From an uncultured Varibaculum sp. (GTDB taxonomy: Bacteria; Actinomycetota; Actinomycetes; Actinomycetales; Actinomycetaceae), in assembly GCA_947253735.1 (NCBI GenBank), contig CAMYAU010000001.1, positions 1-41,772 of the forward strand: a stretch of 41,772 nucleotides of DNA, read 5' to 3'. A model generated the notes under the pieces. That model was not told the origin of the DNA, did not search any database, and was given only the letters and a program-made list of their open reading frames with translations. Made by a program: the position numbers and the translations under genes. Position 1 is the stretch's first letter. Each line of letters begins with the position of its first letter. Shown one piece after another: positions 18,840-28,624 of this stretch.

Positions 18840-19268
18840 CGCTTCTCCTTTAGTGTATTCGCAAGGTTCGTCTTCCCCAACGCCCTATACGCACTACAGA
18901 GTGATGACACGCGGTGTCTCACTTTCTATTTTGCCCTCGATGGCGATTTTCAACAACCCCAAAAGCCCCTGACCACCAATTTTGTGACCACTGAGGCTAA
19001 TGTGACACCTGTGGTTTTATGTGCGGGAGCTAGAGCATAAGCGTGGAGGCGGATTTATGCCGAGGGGTCGGCTGACGGGAACCAGCGCGGGGTCTGGGTT
19101 TGGCAGACTCCGCATCGAAAGTTCAAACTTCGGATACCTAGCTGAAAAATATGAGATTCACCGGGTATGGGCATAAAACGACGATTAATACCGCTACGTT
19201 TTCCGAATTTCGTGGGCAGGAGGACAAACACAGCCCTCGCGCTAACCTACAACACCAGGATCTTTGCA

Positions 19269-19361
19269 GGGTCGAGGGCGGGGAAAGATGCGAGAGGGGG
19301 CTTGAGGCGAGCGCAGCAAGGCTCACCGGGGTCCCCCGAGTACTTTCCCCGCCCTCAACCC
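19269..19361 (+). repeat. Dispersed structured intergenic element, copy 2 (core 19284-19346)
   Basis: Core match to copies 1 and 3; 19-bp arms GGGTCGAGGGCGGGGAAAG / CTTTCCCCGCCCTCAACCC with one mismatch. Confidence 0.95.
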
Positions 19362-19385
19362 AAAAGGGAACTGAACTTTAGGCTG

Positions 19386-19877
19386 CTACAGGCCTTTTTC
19401 GCGAATCGCTTTGAAAGCTTTGCGGCGAGTTAACCGATCCAGGCGATCAAGATAGAGGTGACCATCCAAATGGTCACATTCATGCTGGATACAACGCCCC
19501 ATCAGCTCTTCGCCCTCAACCACTTTCGGCTTGCCATCCAAGTCAATGCCTTCGGCACGCGCATACCAGGCGCGCTGGCAGGGAAAATAGAGTCCCGGTA
19601 CCGACAGGCAGCCTTCATCGCCGTCTTGGTATTCGTCCTCAGAAACTGCTACCAAGCGGGGATTGAGAATATAGTCGATTTCCCCATCAATATTCCAGGA
19701 AAAAGCCCGCAGCCCCACGCCAATCTGATTGGCAGCCAGCCCGGCACGCCCATCGGCATCCACCGTTTCCAGCAGGTCTTCCACCAACTGTTTGATATGT
19801 TCATCGATTTCGCCCACCGGTTCACAGGGGGTACGCAATATCGGGTCACCGATTACTCTAATTTCACGAAAAGCCAT
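19386..19877 (-). CDS. def: Peptide deformylase
   Basis: [22 protein letters not shown]. Confidence 0.97.
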   Translation of the reverse strand: MAFREIRVIGDPILRTPCEPVGEIDEHIKQLVEDLLETVDADGRAGLAANQIGVGLRAFSWNIDGEIDYILNPRLVAVSEDEYQDGDEGCLSVPGLYFPCQRAWYARAEGIDLDGKPKVVEGEELMGRCIQHECDHLDGHLYLDRLDRLTRRKAFKAIREKGL

Positions 19878-19879
19878 GG

Positions 19880-21748
19880 TTATTCCTCCTCGCTGCCCGC
19901 TGCCGCCACAGCTGCTGGAACGATTTCTTCTGCCCGCGCATAGGCTTCCGCAAGATCCTTGCGCACCCTGTCACCTACATACTGGAAGGCGTCCGCAACC
20001 GCTATTTCCTGACGCTCGCCAGTGGCGCGGCAGCGCACTTCCACGGTTCCATCTTTCAGTCCGCGCCCAATCACTACCAGCCAGGGCATACCGAGCAGTT
20101 CGGCATCCTTGAACTTCACCCCAGCAGATACTTTCTTACGGTCATCAATCAAAGTATCAATCCCGGCGACGGTGAGCTGGTCACCTAGCGTTTGTGCGAC
20201 TTCGAAAAGTTCTGCCCCTTTGCCGGTAACCAGCACGTGTACCTGGAAGGGCGCCACATTGGTGGGCCATTTCAGCCCGACCTCATCGTGGTATTCCTCG
20301 GCGATGGCGGCCATTACCCGGGAAACCCCGATTCCGTAGGATCCCATGGTAACTACCCGTGATTTCCCGTTTTCATCCAGTACATTTAGCCCCAGGGCCT
20401 TGGAATATTTCTTTCCGAGGGCGAATATATGACCGATTTCGATCCCGCGGGCGGTCTGTAAGGCTCCGGAACCATCAGGCGCCGGATCTCCATCCCGCAC
20501 TTCTACGGCTTCGATAAACCCATCAGCTCGGAAATCTCTGCCGGCCACCAGGTGATAAATATGGGTGTCTTCTTTGCCGGCGCCCGCAATCCATTCGGTA
20601 CCTTCTACTACCCGCGGATCTAGGAGCAGGCGGGGGCTACCGGAAATGTTCCCGTCCTCGTCTACTTTCCGATCTGGGTGATCAGGGCCAGCACAAGTGG
20701 GCCCAGTGAATCCGGGAACGATATTGGGGTAGGCGGCCATATCTTCCGGGGTGGCCATCTCTACGTCTGCCCCTAGGGAGGCTTCGAGGCGGCGCATATC
20801 AATCTCGCGATCCCCTGGTACCCCCAAAAGTAGAACTTCCCGTTTGCCATCGGCATGGGTGGCAGCAACCATAAATGCTTTCAAAGTGTCAGCTTTAGTC
20901 CACTTCCGGCCATCTTCGCGGGGGAAATGCTCATTGGAATAATCCACTACCGCTTCAATGGTGTGTGCCCCAGGGGTTTTACGTTCGATCGCGGCGGGAA
21001 CTTGCGAATAATCTTTCGGCTCGGGCGCAATGGTGGTTACTGCCTCAACATTGGCCGCATAGCCACCCTGGGAACGCACGAAGGTATCTTCCCCAATAGC
21101 GCAGGGGAAAATAAACTCTTCCGAGCGCGAGCCGCCCATAGCACCCGCCATCGCAGAACAAATCACGAATTCCAGCCCCAGCCGTGAGTAAATCCGCTGA
21201 TAGGCACGGCGCTGCTGCTGGTAGGAGACTTCTAGTCCCTCGTCATCGATATTGAAAGAGTAGGCGTCCTTCATAATGAATTCGCGTCCGCGAATCAGTC
21301 CTGCCCGCGGGCGCGCCTCGTCCCGATACTTTTCCTTAATCTGGTAGAGGACGACCGGCAAATCCTTGTAGGACGAATAAAAGTCTTTCACCAGCAGGGT
21401 GAACATTTCTTCGTGAGTAGGTGCCAACAGGTAGTCAGCGCCCTTGCGATCCTGCAGCTTAAACAGGGAAGGCCCGAACTCTTCCCAACGGTTGGTCGCT
21501 TCATAGGGTTCGCGCGGCAAAAGTACCGGGAAAGCCACTTCTAAGGCTCCGATCCGGTCCATTTCTTCACGCACTACCGCTTCTACACGCCTAATCGTGC
21601 GCAGCCCTAGCGGGGTCCAAGTGTAGATCCCGGGTGCGGCGCGGCGAATATAGCCCGCGCGCACCAGCAGTTTATGGGAATCCACCTCGGCGTCTACCGG
21701 GTCTTCCCGCAAAGTCCTAACAAAATAAGTCGACATATTGTAAGCCAC
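19880..21748 (-). CDS. proS: Proline--tRNA ligase (bacterial type with editing domain)
   Basis: [39 protein letters not shown]. Confidence 0.98.
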   Translation of the reverse strand: MAYNMSTYFVRTLREDPVDAEVDSHKLLVRAGYIRRAAPGIYTWTPLGLRTIRRVEAVVREEMDRIGALEVAFPVLLPREPYEATNRWEEFGPSLFKLQDRKGADYLLAPTHEEMFTLLVKDFYSSYKDLPVVLYQIKEKYRDEARPRAGLIRGREFIMKDAYSFNIDDEGLEVSYQQQRRAYQRIYSRLGLEFVICSAMAGAMGGSRSEEFIFPCAIGEDTFVRSQGGYAANVEAVTTIAPEPKDYSQVPAAIERKTPGAHTIEAVVDYSNEHFPREDGRKWTKADTLKAFMVAATHADGKREVLLLGVPGDREIDMRRLEASLGADVEMATPEDMAAYPNIVPGFTGPTCAGPDHPDRKVDEDGNISGSPRLLLDPRVVEGTEWIAGAGKEDTHIYHLVAGRDFRADGFIEAVEVRDGDPAPDGSGALQTARGIEIGHIFALGKKYSKALGLNVLDENGKSRVVTMGSYGIGVSRVMAAIAEEYHDEVGLKWPTNVAPFQVHVLVTGKGAELFEVAQTLGDQLTVAGIDTLIDDRKKVSAGVKFKDAELLGMPWLVVIGRGLKDGTVEVRCRATGERQEIAVADAFQYVGDRVRKDLAEAYARAEEIVPAAVAAAGSEEE

Positions 21749-21913
21749 GTTCGCCAGTTTAGTAGATGATTCAAAGGAACCTAAACCGCGCCGTCCTTAC
21801 AGGAATCTTGTGAAAGCTTTCTGCACTAGGTGCGTGGGAGCTATCTGGTAGATCCGCGCGAGCGAGAAGTTTTTCCTCCCCGCGGGAAAAGTCTCCAGGC
21901 TTTTGGATTTTGG

Positions 21914-22002
21914 GGCAGGAGTGGGAAAAGATGCGAGAGGGGCCTTGAGCCGAGCGCAGCAAGGCTCACCGGGGTCCCCCGAGCGCTTTTCCCGCTCCTG
22001 CC
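21914..22002 (+). repeat. Dispersed structured intergenic element, copy 3 (core 21927-21989)
   Basis: Core match to copies 1 and 2; 17-bp arms GGCAGGAGTGGGAAAAG / CTTTTCCCGCTCCTGCC with one T.G pair. Confidence 0.95.
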
Positions 22003-22010
22003 TAACTAGG

Positions 22011-23159
22011 CTATACGGTTACCTCGACTTCGCCGGAGCCTTCTTCTAGGCCCAGCAGTTCCGCTTGGCGATGCGCTTCCGCAATCAAGGTGGACACGAT
22101 TTCTTCCTCGGGAACCGTCTTTATTACTTTACCTTTGATAAAGATCTTTCCTTTGCCGTTACCACTGGCCACCCCGAGGTCGGCCTCACGTGCTTCACCG
22201 GGACCGTTGACGATACACCCCATAACCGCAACTCGCAGCGGCACTTTGATTTCATCCTTAAGGGCATCAGTAACCTCATTGGCTAATGAACAAACATCCA
22301 CCTGTGATCGTCCACATGAGGGACAGGAGACAATCTCGAGGGTACGTTCCTTCAGCCCCATAGACTGTAGGATTTCCACTCCAACTTTTATCTCTTCCAC
22401 CGGATCAGCAGACAGAGAAACCCGAATGGTGTCCCCGATTCCTTGGCGGAGCAAGGCACCGAAGGCGGTCGCCGATTTGATAGTTCCCTGGAATTGGGGG
22501 CCTGCCTCGGTTACCCCTAGGTGCAGCGGCCAATCCCCCATTTCGCTAAGGATCTCATAGGCGCGAATCATCGTCACCGGGTCATGGTGTTTAACCGAGA
22601 TCGCAAAGTCATGAAAATCGTATTGTTCAAAGAGCCGCGCCTCATTAACCGCGGATTCTGCCAAAGCTTCCGGGGTGGCTTTGCCGTGTCGTGCCATTAC
22701 CCGCGGGTCCAGGGAACCGGCATTAATCCCAATCCTGAGGGCGGTACCGTGTTTGCGGGCACATTTGGTGATTTCTTCTACCTGGTCATCAAATTTGCGG
22801 ATATTTCCCGGGTTTACCCGCACCCCGGCGCACCCGCCTTCAATCGCCGCAAAGACATATTTGGGTTGGAAATGAATGTCTGCAACCACCGGAATAGTAG
22901 ATTTTTCAGCGATTATCGGCAACGCCTCCGCGTCATCGGCGCTAGGGCAGGCCACCCGGACAATATCGCACCCAGCTGCGGTTAGTTCCGCTATCTGCTG
23001 CAAGGTGGCGCCAATATCGGTGGTTTTAGTGGTGCACATGGATTGCACGCTAATCGGGGCGTCTCCCCCGATGGCCACGTTCCCGCAATGTATCTTCCGA
23101 GTTTTTTTCCGCGGGAAACCCGCTGGTTTTATTTCCGGCATTCCTAGTTCAACACTCAC
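22011..23159 (-). CDS. ispG: (E)-4-hydroxy-3-methylbut-2-enyl-diphosphate synthase
   Basis: [34 protein letters not shown]. Confidence 0.98.
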   Translation of the reverse strand: MSVELGMPEIKPAGFPRKKTRKIHCGNVAIGGDAPISVQSMCTTKTTDIGATLQQIAELTAAGCDIVRVACPSADDAEALPIIAEKSTIPVVADIHFQPKYVFAAIEGGCAGVRVNPGNIRKFDDQVEEITKCARKHGTALRIGINAGSLDPRVMARHGKATPEALAESAVNEARLFEQYDFHDFAISVKHHDPVTMIRAYEILSEMGDWPLHLGVTEAGPQFQGTIKSATAFGALLRQGIGDTIRVSLSADPVEEIKVGVEILQSMGLKERTLEIVSCPSCGRSQVDVCSLANEVTDALKDEIKVPLRVAVMGCIVNGPGEAREADLGVASGNGKGKIFIKGKVIKTVPEEEIVSTLIAEAHRQAELLGLEEGSGEVEVTV

Positions 23160-23297
23160 GTTCCTATTATGACGCCTGAGCCGCTAAACCCCTACTTTCC
23201 CTAAGAGACGCCACGTCTACCTGCGCAGATAATCGCAGTCTTTCGGATTTCTGAGGAAGCTCCTTAGGAGTGAGACCGTGAATACGAGACGAGGCAG

Positions 23298-24587
23298 TTA
23301 AGGCAAGCGAATCGGGTCAACGATATCTGCCACCATTAGCAGGATGGTCATCGCTATCAACAGTCCCGCCACCACATAGGTTAGCGGAACGGCTTTCGCG
23401 GCATCAATCGGCCCCGGAGCGGGACGCGAACGCAACCGAGCATAACTGTTCTTGATTCCTTGCCAACAGGCACCGGCAATATGTCCCCCATCTAAGGGCG
23501 GTAGCGGAATCAGATTGAATACAAACAGCGCCATATTTAGGGAGGCCAGCAGGGATAGCATTCCTCCAGCGCGGTCAGCAAAAGTAATTTGAGTAGCCGG
23601 GGCAGAACCGATTTCTCCCGCAATACGCCCTACGCCAAGTACCGACATGATTCCGGAGCTATCTCGCGGGGTGTCGGTAAATAACGCAACCCCTACATCC
23701 CATACTGCGACCGGTAGTTTTAGGACTACTGCTCCGGTTTGGTAGAACATTTGCCACATGGTTTGCCCATAGGTTGCCAACCCGGTACTTTGCCTCACCG
23801 AACGGGCATAGAGACCCGCTTTACCCTCTACCCCGGAAAGGCGCAGGTCAATAACTTCCACACCTCGCTGAACCGAAACTGTGGCATCTCCATGGGTAGC
23901 TCCAGCGTATTTACGCAGATCATCCCAGGAGCTGATTTTATTTCCATCCCAGGCAAGCAATTTGTCTCCCGGTTTAATCCCAGCTTTAGCTGCCGGCGAA
24001 GGCTGGGCGCCAGCTTGGGAACAATCAACCACCTGTCCTGATTTTAGGCAGACGGCTTTATCAACCGTGGTGGTAGGGGTGGCAATCCCGATCCCCAGCA
24101 TCGCTACCCCCATCAGTACGAACGCCAGGAATAGATTCATTACTGGCCCGCCAAACATCACCACTAGGCGACGCGAGACCGGCAGGTTATAAAAGGCACG
24201 CGGACGCTGCTCGAGGGGAATCTCTGACAGAGAGGTATCGCGGGCTTCCTGTGACCAGGTAGGAACCAAGTTTTGGGCTTGCTCCGCATCCAAGGCGCGT
24301 GCCTGGCGCACCGTAAGTTTCTTTCCCCCTAGTTTGTAGCCGAATTGGTCCGGGTCGCCCGGCCCATACATTCCTAGGATCCGGCAATACCCCCCTAAGA
24401 GGAAGGCTTTAACACCATACTCGGTTTCCCCACGTTTACGCGAAAACAAGGTGGGACCAAAACCAATCATGAATTGGGGAACAAGCGCCCCAAACTTCTT
24501 AGCAGGCAGCAGATGTCCACATTCGTGCAGGCCAATAGAGATAATCAGCCCAAAAACTAAAATTATTATTCCCAGCAAAAACGCCAT
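23298..24587 (-). CDS. rip1: Site-2 (M50) intramembrane metalloprotease with PDZ domain, RseP/Rip1
   Basis: HECGH, GPVMN, NLIPLPPLDGG; lies between dxr and ispG. Confidence 0.93.
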   Translation of the reverse strand: MAFLLGIIILVFGLIISIGLHECGHLLPAKKFGALVPQFMIGFGPTLFSRKRGETEYGVKAFLLGGYCRILGMYGPGDPDQFGYKLGGKKLTVRQARALDAEQAQNLVPTWSQEARDTSLSEIPLEQRPRAFYNLPVSRRLVVMFGGPVMNLFLAFVLMGVAMLGIGIATPTTTVDKAVCLKSGQVVDCSQAGAQPSPAAKAGIKPGDKLLAWDGNKISSWDDLRKYAGATHGDATVSVQRGVEVIDLRLSGVEGKAGLYARSVRQSTGLATYGQTMWQMFYQTGAVVLKLPVAVWDVGVALFTDTPRDSSGIMSVLGVGRIAGEIGSAPATQITFADRAGGMLSLLASLNMALFVFNLIPLPPLDGGHIAGACWQGIKNSYARLRSRPAPGPIDAAKAVPLTYVVAGLLIAMTILLMVADIVDPIRLP

Positions 24588-24596
24588 GGGGATAGC

Positions 24597-25826
24597 CTAC
24601 CTAGCGTTCATGACAATTTCCTGAGCCTTAGTTTTCGCCCAGGTTTGTGCGTTCATGATTTGCGCTAAATCCGGATTTTTCACCCCGGTATATTCGGATA
24701 ATACTTGCGCTAGAGAATCCACTATTTGCAGGTAGCGCAAGTTTCCTTGCAAGAAGGAATCAACGAACACTTCATTAGCAGCGTTATAGACTGCCGGGTG
24801 AGAGTCCGATGCCGCCACTGCGGCTCGGGCCAGTTTTATCGCCGGGAATGTCTCATGGTCTACCGGTTCAAAAATCCACTGCTGAGCACTGGTGAAGTCC
24901 AAAGGAGTGACCGTTTTTTCTAGGCGCTCCGGCCAATCAAGCCCCAAAGCAATTGGCAGGCGCATATCCGGTGGGGAGGCTTGCAAAATAGTGGCCCCAT
25001 CCTGCCAGGTAACCCCGGAGTGAATAATCGACTGCGGGTGAATCACCGGCACAATGTTCTCGGGAGCCACATCAAAGAGGAGGTGAGCTTCAATCAGCTC
25101 TAGCCCCTTGTTTACCAAGGTGGAGGAATTAATAGTCACCACTGGCCCCATCGACCAGGTGGGATGATTAAGGGCCTGCTGCGCACTCACGCCCTCCAAA
25201 TCCGTACGCTGCTTACCCCGGAACGGCCCGCCGGAGGCGGTGAGAATAATCTGACTCACTTCACTGTACCCATCCTGGTTTACACTGGTGAGTCCCTTAT
25301 GGTGAATACCAGAAGCCAAAGCCTGGGCAATCGCCGAATGCTCGGAATCTACCGGCACGATTTGCCCGGGACGCTGGCAGGCAGCTTTTACTAAGGCGCC
25401 ACCCACTATCAAAGATTCCTTATTCGCCAGCGCCAGAGTGGCGCCACTTTCCAAGGCGGCCAAAGTAGGAGCCAGCCCCACTCCGCCGGTAATTCCGTTG
25501 AGTACTACCGCTTCTCGACTGGCTCTCCCCGCTACCCGGGCACTCGCGTCTTCCCCGGTCAAGACCTCAGGTTGATATTTTTCTCCCCTAGGGAGTTCCG
25601 CAGCTAGCGCACTAGCGAACTCTTCGCCCTTATCTAGAGAAATCGCCACCATCTCGGGGCGAAAATGCGCAGCTTGGCGCGCCAGTAAAGCTAGGTTAGC
25701 TCCCCCGGCACTGAGGGCGCGGACACAAAAACGCCCAGGATTTTGAGTAATTACTTCTAGTGCTTGGGTGCCGATAGATCCAGTGGACCCCAAGATGAAA
25801 ACGTCGCGCACTGTACCCCTTCCCAA
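24597..25826 (-). CDS. dxr: 1-deoxy-D-xylulose-5-phosphate reductoisomerase (start may be GTG 25811)
   Basis: LGSTGSIG, LANKES, PVDSEH, TASGGPF, NKGLE. Confidence 0.98.
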   Translation of the reverse strand: MGRGTVRDVFILGSTGSIGTQALEVITQNPGRFCVRALSAGGANLALLARQAAHFRPEMVAISLDKGEEFASALAAELPRGEKYQPEVLTGEDASARVAGRASREAVVLNGITGGVGLAPTLAALESGATLALANKESLIVGGALVKAACQRPGQIVPVDSEHSAIAQALASGIHHKGLTSVNQDGYSEVSQIILTASGGPFRGKQRTDLEGVSAQQALNHPTWSMGPVVTINSSTLVNKGLELIEAHLLFDVAPENIVPVIHPQSIIHSGVTWQDGATILQASPPDMRLPIALGLDWPERLEKTVTPLDFTSAQQWIFEPVDHETFPAIKLARAAVAASDSHPAVYNAANEVFVDSFLQGNLRYLQIVDSLAQVLSEYTGVKNPDLAQIMNAQTWAKTKAQEIVMNAR

Positions 25827-25869
25827 TATGCAGAAATACTTTATCGGCTTTTATGCCGGAATTAACCGC

Positions 25870-26421
25870 TTATTCCACCGCAAGCAGTACTTCTACTGCC
25901 CGGGAAAGATAGGCATCAACTACGCCCTCTTTATAAGCCTTTTCATTCTTTGCGGTCTTGAAAGTAGCGTTGCGAATCTGGGCGGAGGTAATCCCCTCGT
26001 CAGAGTCAAAATACTCCGCTAACTGGTCCAGAAGTTCATCCACCTGGGCGGCGTCATATCCTTTACCCTCTGGGTGGGCAAAACGTTTACCACGAGGACG
26101 TAGCATCCGGGGGTAAAGGGTGGTTGCCCGCTGCGCTACCCGCTCCATCCAAGCCTGAGAACCATTCACCGCCACGTTATCGGCCCGGTCTCGCCGCACA
26201 AAGGCAGCTTCCAGGCGATCCATAGCCTGGTCGATCGCGCTAGTTTGGTAGCCGCGCCGCACCAAGTCAAAATGGGCCCCCCGCACCTGGGCAGCCGAGA
26301 ATTTTTCGGCCGGAACCCCGCCCTCATATGCTTTGCGGGCATCAGCAAAAAATTCGTCTACCTGAGACGGGTCGTACCCGCGCGTAAAAAAACCGGCTCG
26401 CGGGAAATTGGTCTCACTCAC
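25870..26421 (-). CDS. Tandem DivIVA-domain protein
   Basis: Repeated GY(D/Q)xxxVD motifs (RGYDPSQVDEF, RGYQTSAID, KGYDAAQVDELL, AYKEGVVDAYL). Confidence 0.85.
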   Translation of the reverse strand: MSETNFPRAGFFTRGYDPSQVDEFFADARKAYEGGVPAEKFSAAQVRGAHFDLVRRGYQTSAIDQAMDRLEAAFVRRDRADNVAVNGSQAWMERVAQRATTLYPRMLRPRGKRFAHPEGKGYDAAQVDELLDQLAEYFDSDEGITSAQIRNATFKTAKNEKAYKEGVVDAYLSRAVEVLLAVE

Positions 26422-27721
26422 TTCCCAGCCTCTCCTTCATAGATTTCGTCGCCAATTGGCCACATGCTCCGTCAATATCCTGTCCGCGAGTGTCGCGGAT
26501 AGTGGTAGTGATACCTTTACGTTCCAGGGTATCCACAAATTCTGCTTGAACGCGGGATTCACTCGCCGTCCAGATCGATCCGGGAGTCGGATTTAGAGGA
26601 ATCGGGTTCACATGCGCCCAGCCGTGTCCCCGCGCATTCAGCAGATCCGCCAGCAGCCCCGCCCTCCAAGCTTGATCATTCATATTTTTGATCAGGGCGT
26701 ATTCGATGGAGACTCTCCTGCCAGTAGCCTTAAAATAGCCGTAAGCAGCATCTAATAACTCACTTACTTTAAACCGAGAATTCAAAGGAATCAGCTGGTC
26801 ACGCAATTCATCATCGGGGGCATGTAGCGATATCGCCAAGGTAAGCGGAATTTTCTCCGCAGTCAGTTTCTTTATCCCCGGCACCAGCCCCACGGTGGAA
26901 ACGGTGATTCCCCGGGCTGACATGCCGAATCCTTCTGGTGGATCGGCTATCAGGCGGCGCACCGCGCCTAGCACTGCGCGATAATTCACCATGGGTTCCC
27001 CCATCCCCATAAACACTACATTGGAGAGGTTACAGGGGTAGCCGCCTAGTTCCCCTTCTTGACAGGCCTTTCGCGCCAGACGCACCTGTTCTACGATTTC
27101 CGCGGTAGAAAGATTACGGGTCAGTCCCATTTGTCCCGTGGCACAAAAAGGGCAGGCCATCCCGCATCCAACTTCGCAAGAAATACACAAGGTGGCGCGG
27201 GTGGGATAGCGCATTAGCACCGACTCGACTTCGGCACCGTCAAAAAGTTTCCACAAGTATTTGCGGGTCATACCCCGATCACCGCTGCGTACCACTACTT
27301 GCTCAACTAGGGAGGGGAAAGCCAGATCAGCAAGTTTTTCCCGGCCATCAGCAGGAAGGTCCGACATATGCTGCGGATCGGTGGTTAGGTGGGTGAAATA
27401 GTGACGTGATAATTGATCCGCCCGAAAAGCCGGGAAACCAGCCTCTTTGAGCATTTTTTTACGCCCAGCCAGATCGAAATCCGCCAAATGCAGCTGCGGT
27501 TTGGATCGCCTGGTTGCTTGAAAACGCAGCACGGGACGCGCATCCGGACTGCTAGCACCCTCGGGTACTTGATCGGTGGGCATTACTTGAGCGGGATCGC
27601 TACTGGGGCGAGCCCGACGCATCAAGTCTTTATCACTGGCAGCATTATCGGGGAGGATGCGCCCTTTCCCTCTATTTTTAACTGTACTTTTCTTTTTTTC
27701 GGAGGCTTTTTCTTTCGCCAT
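26414..27721 (-). CDS. rlmN: 23S rRNA A2503 C2-methyltransferase (radical SAM)
   Basis: CGMACPFC, MGMGEP, SLHA, DIDGACGQL. Confidence 0.96.
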   Translation of the reverse strand: MAKEKASEKKKSTVKNRGKGRILPDNAASDKDLMRRARPSSDPAQVMPTDQVPEGASSPDARPVLRFQATRRSKPQLHLADFDLAGRKKMLKEAGFPAFRADQLSRHYFTHLTTDPQHMSDLPADGREKLADLAFPSLVEQVVVRSGDRGMTRKYLWKLFDGAEVESVLMRYPTRATLCISCEVGCGMACPFCATGQMGLTRNLSTAEIVEQVRLARKACQEGELGGYPCNLSNVVFMGMGEPMVNYRAVLGAVRRLIADPPEGFGMSARGITVSTVGLVPGIKKLTAEKIPLTLAISLHAPDDELRDQLIPLNSRFKVSELLDAAYGYFKATGRRVSIEYALIKNMNDQAWRAGLLADLLNARGHGWAHVNPIPLNPTPGSIWTASESRVQAEFVDTLERKGITTTIRDTRGQDIDGACGQLATKSMKERLGSE

Positions 27722-27733
27722 TTATCCTGCCTC

Positions 27734-28624
27734 TTAAAAAATAAACAGAGAAAGCAAGAAAAACAGGGGCACTGTGATTAGCAGCGAGTCTAAGCGATCC
27801 ATCACTCCGCCGTGACCAGGCAGCAAGTGTCCCATATCTTTAAGCTGTAAATCCCGTTTAATCAAAGACTCCCCTAAATCACCACAGGTAGCGACGATGG
27901 GAGTCAAGATTCCCAACAGCGCGATTGCCCACAAGGGAGTGGCGGTTGCCCAAACCGCGATAGCGGCTGCGACGGTACACATCACTACCGAACCGGCAAA
28001 TCCTTCCCAAGTTTTGGCAGGAGAAACCGCTGGCGCCATGGGATGTTTCCCTTTAAGCACCCCCGCCGCGTATCCGCCGATATCGTTACATATAGTGAGC
28101 ACAATCCAGACGATGATTGGCGCCGGATGATGCGGGTTATGCAGCATGATCACCACGAATGATGCCAAGAATGGCAGATAGATAGCAACAAAGCTTGTTA
28201 CCAGCAAGTCACGAGTCGCGAACTTGGAGGGTCCTAGACTCAAACGCCAAATCGCGCAGGCAATCAATGTAGCTAGCAGAGCTGCCCATACGCCCTCGGG
28301 TCCGAGTAGATAGGCACATAGCAGCATCCCGATACTGCCCACCACTAGGGGAAGTAAACAAAGCTGGACTTTAATCCGGGATACGGCTCTAGCCATCTCC
28401 ACTTCGGCCATCACCGCCACCACCATGATGAACACCAAGAAAAAGACCGGAGGTGCCAGTAGGAGCGCTAATGCCAAGGCTCCAAGCCCTAGCCCCACCC
28501 CGATCGAGGCGGGTAGATTACGTCCTGCCCGCGATTTTTTCGGTTTCGCGGACGGATTCTTGGTGGGTTCTGAGGTCATAACAGACGCAGATCCCTCGCG
28601 TCCGGCGGGGGGATGGTGCTGCAA
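27734..28624 (-). CDS. cdsA: Phosphatidate cytidylyltransferase (start may be ATG 28579)
   Basis: SPAKTWEG, GDLGESLIKR, PGHGGVMDRLDS. Confidence 0.96.
   Translation of the reverse strand: MQHHPPAGREGSASVMTSEPTKNPSAKPKKSRAGRNLPASIGVGLGLGALALALLLAPPVFFLVFIMVVAVMAEVEMARAVSRIKVQLCLLPLVVGSIGMLLCAYLLGPEGVWAALLATLIACAIWRLSLGPSKFATRDLLVTSFVAIYLPFLASFVVIMLHNPHHPAPIIVWIVLTICNDIGGYAAGVLKGKHPMAPAVSPAKTWEGFAGSVVMCTVAAAIAVWATATPLWAIALLGILTPIVATCGDLGESLIKRDLQLKDMGHLLPGHGGVMDRLDSLLITVPLFFLLSLFIF

Noticed and set aside
21808..21825. Rex-like TTGTGAA-N4-TTCTGCA upstream of proS
   Set aside because: The right half-site is degenerate and proS is not an expected Rex target.
2596..21989. The 63-nt repeats as a CRISPR array, riboswitch or plain terminator
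   Set aside because: Copies are kilobases apart with no cas genes, flank unrelated genes in both orientations, and lack U-tracts after the outer stems.
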